Shown here in pieces: positions 30,196 to 41,864 of a stretch of 64,000 bases of DNA. A model generated the notes under the pieces. It was not told where the DNA came from and searched no databases. It worked only from the letters and a program-made list of their open reading frames with translations. Source of the stretch: Eledone cirrhosa (lineage: Eukaryota). A program made the translations under genes and the position numbers. How positions within the stretch are numbered: the stretch's first letter is position 1; every line of letters begins with the position of its first letter. The DNA is taken from contig OZ024742.1 of assembly GCA_964016885.1 (NCBI GenBank), forward strand, positions 230,144,001-230,208,000, in the 5' to 3' direction.

Positions 30196-30632
30196 GTGAT
30201 CTTCGAAACTATCAGAAACTATATTTTACTTTTTCTTTACTGGCGTCGCTTGGGAAAGAGAAGGGAGGGAGAGAGACACATTTAGAGAAGGGAGGGAGAG
30301 AGACAATCTTCTCTCTGCTGTAGTGACGATTGAGGAAGAAGAAGACGGAATGTGTGGAAGTGACTTGTGAAAATTCTTTTTTGTAGCCATGTCTTTTTGG
30401 TTTAAAATAAATATTGGGCACAAAACCCCAATAAGCGGTTATTTAACCCCGAAGGGCCAAATAACGGACAGAAATACCCCTCTCACAAGGAGGAGGGTGT
30501 TTTTGTCTACAATTTGGTTAAAGTTTTAAACAATTTACAATTGTTATAGCGGTTAAAATTTACTATACCTTACAGAGCCGAGCCTCCGTCAACCATGGCA
30601 TTCAATAATAATAATAGTAATAATAATAAAAA

Positions 30633-30819
30633 TAATTGTTTCTACTTTAGGCACAAGGCTAGCAATTAACCAGTACATTACTGGTACTTTATTTTATCGA
30701 CCCCGTAAGGATGAAAGGCAAATTCAACCTCAGCGGGTTTGAACTCAGACCGTAAAGGGACGTAACTATGCTGGAAAGCATGGCGTCCAACCCTCTACCG
30801 ATACTGCCAATCCACCGCC
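30633..30819 (-). mobile_element. Full-length SINE A whose (TTA)n tail abuts the Tx1 5' end
   Basis: Same consensus as the other copies; TAA repeats on both sides. Confidence 0.9.
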
Positions 30820-30838
30820 AATAATAATAATAGTAATA

Positions 30839-30887
30839 GTTTCAGAAGATCCCGTTAAGGGTGAAAGCAGCGATTCTTTGCTTAAAG
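30839..30887 (+). ncRNA. Hammerhead-like motif with CAGAAGA core
   Basis: gttt CAGAAGA tccc-gttaa-gggt GAAA gca-gcgattctt-tgc TT aaa. Confidence 0.55.
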
Positions 30888-30907
30888 CTTAATCTGTTAT
30901 TTTAATA

Positions 30908-30963
<56 letters not shown>

Positions 30964-30984
30964 ATGTGTATGTATATATATATG

Positions 30985-31545
30985 TAAACTTTTATATGTA
31001 ATAATCTCCCACTAGGTTGAGATACAAATTTGGCTGTATTGTGCTGTGCTTTCTAGCAAAAATGCCACCAGTCGTAAGCAACTACCACACCCCTTCCAAC
31101 TTGACCGCGACTAGGTCACGATTTTTAGCCATTTTGAAATGAATTCTTGGCGCGATCGTTTTGGAAAATTTAATGTCTAGATATGAGCGAGCTTCCTGAA
31201 GAATCCGGCGCTCGAGTTTATATAATTATTACATAATTATTGGATAACTCAAAACACGGACGAAACCATGGTAGAGGTATTTAAGTGTATTCTATTTTCT
31301 CCTAGTTTATTTTAAACCTAATTCTGCTTAGTTGACTGTATGTAGGCGATTACGCTGTCGAAATATTCGATAAATATTCCACTACGGCCGACGCGAAGCG
31401 CTAGTTTTGGTTATTTGTTGGAGATTCCTTCATAGAAGCCTCATTCGTATAGCCTGGTCTATTCGATTTTTTATATAGTTAATTATGCTAATTGGGAGAG
31501 GAAATAGTATATATTTTATCTTGTGATTCTATAGACATTATAGAC
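30985..31545 (+). repeat. Dispersed repeat of about 560 bp, copy 1 (unclassified)
   Basis: Colinear diverged homology to 34390-34960 (taataatctccca.tagg, gtcacgatttttagccattttgaa, tgctaattgggagaggaaat). Confidence 0.8.
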
Positions 31546-31553
31546 ATGTTTTA

Positions 31554-31615
<62 letters not shown>

Positions 31616-31643
31616 GGAAACTATATTTATAAAACCATATTTA

Positions 31644-31704
31644 TTTCATTATACATATTTCAAGGAGACCAAGTTAAATTATGGTGTGCTTTCATCAGAT
31701 AAAA
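31644..31704 (-). ncRNA. Hammerhead motif
   Basis: ttttat CTGATGA aag..acca..tggt..ctt GAAA tatgta TA atgaaa. Confidence 0.55.
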
Positions 31705-31833
31705 TATAATATAGAGCAGTTTTATAAATAAATATTGACATACCCTTAAAGAATGCAACCATTACCAACAGTAATGGTTGCATTCTTTAAGGGTATGTCA
31801 ATATTTATTTATAAAACTGCTCTATATTATATT
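31703..31833. repeat. Perfect palindrome with 63-bp arms and a 5-nt loop
   Basis: 31703-31765 is the exact reverse complement of 31771-31833; loop caaca. Confidence 0.95.
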
Positions 31834-31877
31834 AAAAATATTTGCTTGTTGTATCCCAACAATTTAAATAGAACTTT

Positions 31878-31942
<65 letters not shown>

Positions 31943-32384
31943 CTGATCCTAGTCTAGGGTGAAACACGCTCATACAGTCCGGTGTCCTTACATACATCAT
32001 GACGTCAGTTATTGATTCCCCAAACTTACATGTCACACTACAATACACTTAAAATTACAGAAAGAGAAGGATTTATTCCATACTTATTTATGCAACTATT
32101 AATTTATTTATGTATTTACTCTTGCATTGCTTCTTCTATTACAATTAGGTAATTAACTCTTATCAGTGACATCATAATATTATTGCTAAGGTTTAATATT
32201 TCAGCATGATGTCTTGAAAATGTGCACGAGCATATGTGTCAGTGGTGTGTGCATGCGTAGATCCTCAACTGTAACAAAGTATTTAGAACTTGGAATCAAC
32301 GTGCAGTATACACACGCACATACTTATATATATATGTGTTTGTGTTTACATATATATATGTGTATATGTATATGCATATATGTG

Positions 32385-32437
<53 letters not shown>

Positions 32438-33931
32438 CTAACCTGTTTAGTTTTTTCGTTGTTTTTGGTATTGTGTGGCTAGGTCTACCTGCTGCAATTT
32501 TCAATTTGTCAAGCTGTCTCAACGTATGTTATTACTCTAAGGCCTACTACCTTATTGAGTGCTTTACTGCTCATTCCTAAGTGCAGTTCGTTAGCTTGGC
32601 CACAGCCAAAACTTCGATTTTACTAAGCTTCCACTTGTATACGTATATATATATTTAAATATATATATATAAGTTTTGCCTAATTGTGGTAATAATTTAT
32701 TTATATTTATATGTATTAGAATAATTTCATTAAGAGTCTGATTATCCTATGCTTTGATTAGGACAGTTCAATATTTAATTAGACATCAATTATGATATAT
32801 ACAATAGATGATTTATGGCTTTCGAAATATCGCTGGACATGAGAGTAGTGATAAGTTATAAATGTTTGTATATGGTGAATGAATTATCTTCCTTTTGTTT
32901 ACATTGTCCGTAAAAATGTCTTCTTTTTACTAGCTTGCTAAAATATATTAAATATGAAATATGTAGATTAATAATATATAGACTATCATTAAAAGGAAAC
33001 TATATATCAAAATAAGTAAATACAGAAGTAAATATAACCTTTCATTAAATTAGTGAAATAAAATTTTTGAGAGTAAGTATAACTACAGTTTAATGCTAGG
33101 AATTAAATGAATCTTAAAGAATAGTAAATATTTTATGAAGAGAATATCCTAATTAAATTAAATAATTTTGGTAATAAATCATCTAAATATATTATATGTA
33201 TTGATGGTGATATACGCATGGAATTATATTTTAACACATATTTAATAATTATTTAAATACGCTTTAAAGATGAATTCTTTTAAAGTTGTAACAAAATATG
33301 TATAGAATATCTTACCTTAAAATTAAAAATTATAATAATCTATAAGTTAAATTAAATTATATAAATTTATGATTAAACTAAATATGTGATTGCTATAGAA
33401 AGTAATCTATACTGATTAATTTTGATATAATATATAAGTATAATTATCTAAAGCATAATCAAATACAAGAGATATTCTATTGTTTATGTGAATAGATTTG
33501 ATGTGTTATTTGATCTAACATTTGAAAACAACGGTTTTTTTAAAGCCGTTGTTTTCAAATGTTCCGTTATTCGATGTTCCGTTATTTTTCTTTATTTTTT
33601 ACCCCCCTTTATTCCCTTTTACTTTCCCCACACCTTCCCTCTCTTTTGACGTTATTCCTCTTTTCTATTTTATATATTTCTTTTATTCATTCATCCATTT
33701 ATTTATTTATTTATTTATTTATGTATGTATGTATTTATTTATTTATTTTTTGCCTTTCCTCTTCTTGACACCCCCTCTTATATCTCTAATTTCCTCTACG
33801 TCCTTTTCTTCTTTAAGTTTATCTTATTATTTGTGGCATAAAAACGTTGAGATTTGATGAAATAAATCACTGCCAATACTAGAATTGTATAATCAAGACC
33901 GTAGCGGTATGTCATATATTAAATCATATAT

Positions 33932-33991
33932 TTTGTCTGATGAGGACGTACTGAAAAAACAACACAGTACTTTTGAAATATATATAATAAA
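33932..33991 (+). ncRNA. Hammerhead motif
   Basis: tttgt CTGATGA ggac-gtactg..cagtac-tttt GAAA tatata TA ataaa. Confidence 0.6.
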
Positions 33992-34389
33992 GTATATATT
34001 TTGATTATGAGAATATTTTTCATTTGTTAACATTTTGAATAATATTAAAAACTCCAGGAAAACTTCACTGTTGAGTGCTTCTAATCTATTGTAAAATTGT
34101 ATTCGTTGAGTAATCAACGAACCATACTAATCTTTGGTCATATATATATGTATATACGATTACCAGAAAGCAGGATCGAAATCAAGGTTGCAACATCACT
34201 GAACGTTAATGTATATGACAATTGTGTCAATATATATCAGCTCAAGTTTCGATTATTAACCAACAAATCATCTGTATCTATAGTTACACACATATCTACC
34301 ACACACACATACACACACACACATTGAGCCACATCGTGAATGGTTGCCAAAACATATATATCTGTGACTTTGTTTAGTGTGTGTATATG

Positions 34390-34960
34390 TAAATCTTTAT
34401 ATTTAATAATCTCCCATTAGGTTCAGATGCAATATGGGCAATATTGGGCTGCGCTTTCTAGCAACCAGCCCACTCGCCGTAAGCAACCAATCACATTCTT
34501 TCTAACTTGACTACTGCCACGTCACGATTTTTAGCCATTTTGAATTTGTTTCTGGCGGGGATCATTTTAGAAAATTACTTGTCCTATAAGTTTGTTTTCT
34601 GACGAATTCGAAGCTCGAGATTGTATCCTTAATAGGATATCTCAAAATGCGAACGAAACCCGAGGGTAGAGACATAATCCTGGTAACTGTGTACGCATTT
34701 ATTCTAACTTCAATTTTATATCTAATTGTGTATGGTTGACGGTATATTTAGACGATTTCCACGTGCTGTTGAAATGTTGGGTAAAAATTCTATGTCGGTC
34801 GGCCGCGAAGAGATTGCTGTCGTTTATTTATCTTATATTTCTTCATAGGTGCCTTTTAATCTTATAGCCTGGTCTAATTGATTTTTTATGTGGTTGATTA
34901 TGCTAATTGGGAGAGGAAATGGTGTATATATATTATCAAATGATTCTATGGAGATACTTT
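34390..34960 (+). repeat. Dispersed repeat of about 570 bp, copy 2
   Basis: Homologous to 30985-31545. Confidence 0.8.
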
Positions 34961-34963
34961 ATA

Positions 34964-35046
<83 letters not shown>

Positions 35047-35114
35047 TAAATGGTATATATACTATTTCTAATACTGTTGTTAAGTAGGCAAAATGATTGA
35101 TATTATACATGAAA

Positions 35115-35280
35115 CGGTGGATTGGTAGTATCGGTAGAGGGACGGACGCCATCCTTTGCACCATAGTGTTAAGGCCTTTTACAGTCTGAGTTCAAATCCC
35201 GCGAAGGTTAACTTTACTTTTCATCCTTACAGATGCACTAGGATAATTGTTGGCCTTGTGCCAAAACTAGAAACAATTAT
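35115..35280 (+). mobile_element. SINE A with internal deletion
   Basis: cggtggattggtagtatcggtagag..gagttcaaatccc..ggccttgtgccaaaactagaaacaatt. Confidence 0.85.
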
Positions 35281-36016
35281 ATTTCAAATATATATATATA
35301 TGTATATATATATATATGTATATATATATATGTATATATATATGTATATATATATATTTAAGTTCATTTCTTTGTCAGTTTGTCTTCTATTCACTTAAAA
35401 TCCAATGGACAAAACGTGTTCAAACTTATCAGGTGAGCTCCTTAGACTGGCGAATAGGTTTTCCTCAACCTTGCACCAATAAACCATTTGTTTATGTGTT
35501 TGTTTGTCTGTTTGTCTGAGTTTCGGCCAGAAACAAACAGAGATAAAGAAAGCGAAGTAATTGCGCCATGCGCGTTAAAAATTCCAATCAACGCCTTGAT
35601 TCTTCCCTCCCTCTTTCCTGCATTCAATCACCATATTAGCCGTCCTCTCTGCTATCAGCAGCAGCATGTGCGAAGAGAAAGATAGTGAAGAAAGTGAGCG
35701 ACACGTGTTTCCATTTATGCAAATGCTACTAAAAATAACATTTATGAAACCTGTAATATTTATTTTCATATTCATTTTCGTTAGTTCTTGTTGTTGTTTC
35801 CGATAGATAAATAACTGAAATTATCGTAGTGAGTCCTCATTCAACAAAAATTTGACTCAACCAATAGCTTCTGATTATTGTCTCCGAAAAATATCTGAAA
35901 GTTAATGCAGTAAGTCCTTATTCAACATTTGACTCGACGTACATACCATTAATGATAAAAAAAATGTTTAAGTTTTAGATTTAAAAATATTGACTTTGGA
36001 AGCTGCAAGCAAAAAA

Positions 36017-36730
36017 TGGTACCAAAGATTAGACCTTCATTCGGAGGAAAGTCTCTTAAAATTATGGAAAATCAGCTAAAACTGGAGAATTAATGTTAAG
36101 AGCAAGCGACAAGAAAAACTCCCAAAACAAAGAAAAACAACCGAAATAAAACAAAACAAAGATTTAAAATGCCTTGTTGATGATAGGAATAGGAAAGCAA
36201 CTATTGGAAAAGAGGAATCAGATGAACGAAAATCATCAAGACAATAAATGAAAGGCAGCTCAACGGTGGCACGAAGAAACTGAATCTCAAACAACTTAAA
36301 GGCTATGTGAATAGAGATGAAAACAGTAGATATATGATTTAAAAACTTTGCCGGGTGGAAATTTGATGCTTTTAGTTACGATCCAAATAAAAACTATGCC
36401 TCAGAAACTTTAATGCAAATTTCTTCAATGAACTAATCCGAATCGTGGTGCTAAAAATAGAATAGTGATTCAACTGGGTTATGCTTTTCAAATGGAAAGA
36501 TGAAGCTGAAACTATTACCTGGACCACTAAAACTTCCGAGGGGTCTGCTAATTGGCACAACACCTCAATCAAAACACATTCTTCATATCCAGAAGTACAA
36601 AAATGCATTCCAAATAACATCATTTGGTGCAAATGTAATCCATGAGAGTAGCTTAATGCCCAATACTAAGATTCAAGGGTACGTGTACCATATAATTGGA
36701 CCACTTCAACCACATTCAGCAACAACAGAT
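36017..36730 (+). pseudogene. Helitron Rep/helicase N-terminal relic
   Basis: AFSYDPNKNY, GLCFSNGKMKL, SKHI.HIQKYKNAFQITSFGA, MPNTKIQGYVYHIIGPL match the Helitron CCxNGK..IRxYNxxFQMTSFGA..FKxQGQVYHRIGSL block. Confidence 0.8.
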
Positions 36731-36852
36731 CCAGAACATTTATATATATATATATGCATATATATATATACACACATATATATATATATATACATTTATA
36801 TATGCATATATATATATATGTGTGTGTGTATATTTTATATATATATATTTAT

Positions 36853-36926
36853 ATAACGAGGGAGGTGTCGTAGGGTACCAGATGGTCCATAACGCACCAG
36901 AGTACTCAACAATGCTTAGGGTAGTA
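36853..36926 (-). mobile_element. Short 3'-terminal fragment of the 52684-57577 PLE family in (AT)n
   Basis: Reverse complement matches taccctaagtattgagtactttggtgcgttatggtccacctggttccttac..cgttat. Confidence 0.75.
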
Positions 36927-37243
36927 ATATATATATATAAAATATACATATATATAATGTGTATATATATATATGCAATTGTTACAGAGACTTATAAACT
37001 GCATTGTATTGTACTTAACATTAACATATTTAAATAAATACCATTCAACGCAGCACTTCAACTCTCAACGTATTGAAATACTTCGGTAGAGCAGCAATAT
37101 TTCTAAGTTCGGGCACTCAAACGGCCAAGGAGAACAATAAAACAACACTAAACATTTTAAATTGTAAAGGCCTAACTTCTGTTGTATATGTTCGTTTGAT
37201 AACATTGACATTGAATAAATCTTTTCCTGTAAATGACTGTTAT

Positions 37244-37420
37244 CAATAGAAACACAAGCCAGTGATTTGGGGAACAGATGAGGATCTATTAAATCGACTC
37301 CGCTACTTTACTGGCATTGTATTTTATCGTCCCTGGAAAGATGAAAGCCAACGAGTAAATTTGAACTCGAAATATATAGAGCCGTATCCTCATCTCGCTA
37401 TTGACCATACCTCCACCCAG
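37244..37420 (-). mobile_element. Diverged SINE A-like copy
   Basis: cacaagccag..tactggcattgtattttatcgtccctggaaagatgaaag..tttgaactc. Confidence 0.65.
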
Positions 37421-38680
37421 CAATATTTCTAACTCGAGCACCAAAACAACCCAAGCAGTATACAGCAGTTACATGTTAAGACAAAACCTACTAGAAATAC
37501 TAAACAGTTGTTTATAAGATTCTTTATTGTTTGTTTGCCCTGTCGATTCCAGTGACGAGTGTCCCCGTCCTTCCATGAATGCAATAGTACGTTCGAGATA
37601 TTAACGAGCAAGTTGTGGCAGAACATTCTACAGGCACGTGCAGTTTTTACGTAGTTTGCAATAAGACTCTGTAGCAGAGAATTAGAGACATGGTTGGCCT
37701 TTTCAATCACAAATACAACTTGCGTGTGGTCAGAGATAACTTTCATCCAATTACAATGCATAGGTGAATCGAAAGCACAGCGTTACATACATGAGCCGAA
37801 TACCATAATCTCTAAGCACTTTCATAAGCATGCACCCTAGAGTTGAGTCTGGTTTATTCCCTCAACTATTTTCTTTCCACTATTTTAGGCAAAAAAAAAC
37901 AGCATTTTTCTGGGGGGGGGGGGGGGGGTAATATGGAGTCGATTAAATCAGCCCAGTACTTAACTGGTAACGGAAGAAGGCAATTCAATACTGTATCTTA
38001 TGCTCGATTGATTCCGCCAATCCACCGACCTTACAAAGAAGAAGAAGAAGAAGAAGAAGAAGAAGAAGGCTATCTAAATTGACCTAAATAAACGGAAATA
38101 GTTGGTAATGGGTGGGAGTATACAATGGTTGCAATGTACTTTAAATGGGATTGAGTTTGAGATGGCTTTTGCTTATGTGTGAGAAAAAGAAAAGCAACAG
38201 TCGATAGAGAATAATCGAGAAAGAGGGTTGGTAGATAGATAGCGAGTGAGAGAGAGAGATGGGGGGTGGGAAGAAGACACCGAGAGAATAAAAGCAAATA
38301 TAGTGTATAACTTTCGGTTTGTCTGCAGTAGGTCATGTGACTGTTGAGTACCGTATTTAGGTACAAACGCTCAAACAAGCCACGAGGTACACAAGAACGT
38401 GATCACGAAACGTACTTGGAACATCTTAATAGATCTTCAGAAGAACACACCCTGCAGGAAACTCTATAAAAGAAATAGCGTGATCAAGAATTGGAACCCC
38501 TTTGATCGGATGTCTGCTCAACTGGGGACGACCAGGGGCTAAACGACAGTAAGAACATTATGCACACTAACATATATCAGTTTATATACATACATTCTTA
38601 CATACATTCACATAAATACATCATACACACACACACACATATACGTATACATACATACACACACATACATACATACATAC

Positions 38681-39290
38681 ATGGCGGATGCCAACTCGTT
38701 TTCAAGTACGGCCATTACTTTATATCCATGTAGCAGAACCCCTACCGATGGGCTGAACGAGTGTGACTTTTTAGTCCAACCAGCGACTTGAAAACTCTGG
38801 TACAAACACTACACTTGTGACAATTATTGACACATAGTGCTGGGCCCATGGTACCATGTAACGACAAGTGCAGAGAGATCTCCAGATATAAAGCAATGCC
38901 TGTGCCGTGAAGCTTTTATAGTGAGCAAAGCCACTGCACACAGCCAGTCCCACTCTCTTAACCAAGATGATATTTACCAAAAAGAATAACAAGTCAACAT
39001 CATTGGATACCATCAGGGTTGCAGGTGTTATATCAGAGTTTTCCTTCTCCTAGAATTCTGCCTTGACAAAGGCTAAGGGGTCATCTCTCCCGGTGATTTT
39101 GGATGGCCATTGACTCTTAACAGATCCTTTGCCATTTGACAGGTTTTGTTTTTAGTCCTGCAGGATGTCCAAAGTCACCCTCCTCACCAAGAAACCTTGG
39201 TGGGGTTGTCAGTTTAGTCGCCAACGACCCGACCATGAGACAGGTTGTACTGGGATACATGTTACCAGTAGCACCAACTGGTGACCTGAC
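38681..39290 (-). mobile_element. About 610-bp non-coding retroelement flanked by (CATA)n; truncated copies at 39299-39608 and 49098-49507
   Basis: Three highly similar copies share one end (catacatggtggctgccaactcg) and differ at the other, as expected for 5' truncation on the minus strand. Confidence 0.8.
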
Positions 39291-39647
39291 ATACATACAT
39301 GGTGGCTGCCAACTCGTTTTCGAGTACGGCCACTACTTTATATCCATGTAGGAGAACCCCTACCGATGCGCTGAACGTGTGTGACTTTTTAGTCCAGCCA
39401 GCGACTTGAAAACTCAGGTACAAACACTACATTTGCGACAATTATTGACACATAGTGCTGGGCCCAGGGTACCATGTGACGACAAGTGCAGAGAGATCTC
39501 CAGATATAAAGCAATGCCTGTGCCGTGAAGCTTTTATAGTGAGCAAAGGCACTGCACAAAGCCAGTCCCACTCTCTTAACCAAGATGATATTTACCAAAA
39601 AGAAGAACATACATACATACTTACATACATACATACATACATTCATA

Positions 39648-39822
39648 CATATACAATAACATCCATATCTACACATGCATGCATACATACATATCTACCT
39701 AGTTGATGTTGTGTAAATTCCAATGAGAGAGTCTTGTGTCTATGTTAGAAACCGACTCTCTCTCTATTGGTAAAACTTTGTGAAATTATAAAACCAGAAG
39801 AACATACATACATACATACATA
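39648..39822 (+). mobile_element. 3'-end fragment of the R4-type LINE at 45971-48910
   Basis: Matches 48753-48915 up to gaaattataaaaccagaagaa, then (CATA)n. Confidence 0.85.
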
Positions 39823-41821
39823 CAAAAGCAAAGAGTGAGAAAGAAAGTGTATATGGATTTCTTCTGTTGGTCTGCATCCATAGCAACAGACGAAAGACAT
39901 ATGGCTGACTCGCTACCTGTGTAACATGAACATTTTATTTTTGTATTGGTGGTTCAATTTTATATTTGAAACTCTGTCTCTCTGTATAAATCTTTGAATC
40001 TTGTCAAGAGGTTTTTTGGTGGGAATCCCAGTTTTTTCAATTTTACCCAGCTAACGTGTCTTCTCAACAGCGGTCTTCACGTCGGCTGCCACATCACCGA
40101 ACTGCTAGAATTGGCAAGGCTATCGTTACGAGTGGGCATGTTAACTTGAAGACAACTTCGTTGGGACAGGATTTTTCTGCTGATGAAGTCCAGCATAGTC
40201 TGATTCATAACAACTGATATAAGCAGAATGTTGCGCGAAAATGCTACCATTCGGGATTCTGAAATGCAAGTATCATTGCCCAAACATTGTTATCTTACTT
40301 ACTGATTAAATAATATTGTGCACTCTGACAATTTCCTTACATTTTCTCAATTGCAAGCTCATTGAGTGAGTAGTGCTGGCTGGAGTTCACTTAAGTAAAT
40401 TAAGCGTCCATCGTAAACTTTTGTACACTTATATACATATATATATATATATAAATATTTCCCATGGACGTTGGGATGGCTTGGTATTTACAATACCTGT
40501 TCACAATCATGCATATCAAGGACTCGAACCCACTGCTTGACATCGTGAGCAAACCATATTACTCTACACTAAAAAAAACATTAATAGCAGTAGACACATT
40601 TCTTCAACTTGCTCCGTAAAATTCAATGAGTTCATATTGGGTAATGGAACCAAAAATATACTATGTGTGAAAAGCGAAAAGGTTAAAAAGTTTGCAGAAC
40701 ATGTTGGACAAGGGACTTTCCCGTAGTTATTGCTCGGTTCGAGCTCAGTAATTAATATAGGACAGACCAGAAGTGTTAGGAAGCGCATCATATATAGTGC
40801 ACCTCTAATTCAAAGCTTAATCGATGTCACATATTTTTGTGTGACGTTTATAGTACATATGTTTCTACAATACTCAAACATCTACCCATTGATTCATGCA
40901 ATGCTGCACAACTCCAAAGAACATGCAGAAAAGTGTACAATAGAAATGCACAAGAACATGTTAAATAGTGATAATAATTACGACCTTGAATATAAATGAT
41001 CCCAGTAAATTCTTAATTGTTACTGACCGAATTACGCTGCACTTAGCATCTTTTGTATTAAATTCACTTGACAGGAATGCAGAATCTAATTTTGCACTAT
41101 TCTATTAATAGCATAAAATTCTCTAACATTCAACAGACAAACATGAACGGCCTTTGAAACGTTAATCAATATTTCACAGTATCCCATGTTGAAAGTTTTC
41201 TACATGTCGATCGATGATGGTGCATTCAATGTCAGCAATGGTGTATTTGCAAACTGAACTATTTGACTATGTAACTGTTCTATATCAGATACAGCAACAG
41301 TAACAATTTCTAGCTAGAATCATTCACAGCAGTAAAAAAATAGGAGAACAATCCCCTTCCTTGAAGGTATGCAAATTGCTTCCGAGTATGAAAAAAATAT
41401 TACAACGTGTGTGTTTTTATATATAACTAATAAAGGATATAAAAGCGAGCATAAAAGAAATCAGCAGTGTGTTCTGTGGTTTGTTAGTTCACAGCATTCA
41501 AATACCAATCTCTGGCAACCTGCCTCAGTCACACACTTCGTACATACAGGAATACATACAAATATGCAAACACGGTTTGCATAAACACACACTCATACAC
41601 CACACCCCCATTATATTTATATATGCAGCCGAAGCATAGCATTACGTTATCAATAAGCATAGGTAGCATATTGATAACCGAGACTGTGCGGTGCGAATGA
41701 GAATATGAATTTACAATTGTTTAGAATATAGACATGTAAAAATGCTAAATATACGGATTTCATTAAAATACCAAATTAATGCGAGAATTTGCACGCTAGC
41801 ACAGTGTATTGGCTGATGAGG

Positions 41822-41863
<42 letters not shown>

Positions 41864-41864
<1 letters not shown>

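Larger units (their letters stand above)
25258..30602 (-). mobile_element. Near full-length Tx1/L1-type LINE, defective
   Basis: 5' UTR, ORF1, APE and RT in order; (TTA)n at both ends; clearly homologous to 21507-23395. Confidence 0.92.

Noticed and set aside
29648-30285. Poly-Leu and poly-Val/Ala ORFs resembling membrane proteins
   Set aside because: They are antisense to the N/S-rich triplet repeat region of LINE ORF1
39950-41330. Possible decayed transposase or exons on the minus strand
   Set aside because: Only short ORFs with no motif I can support
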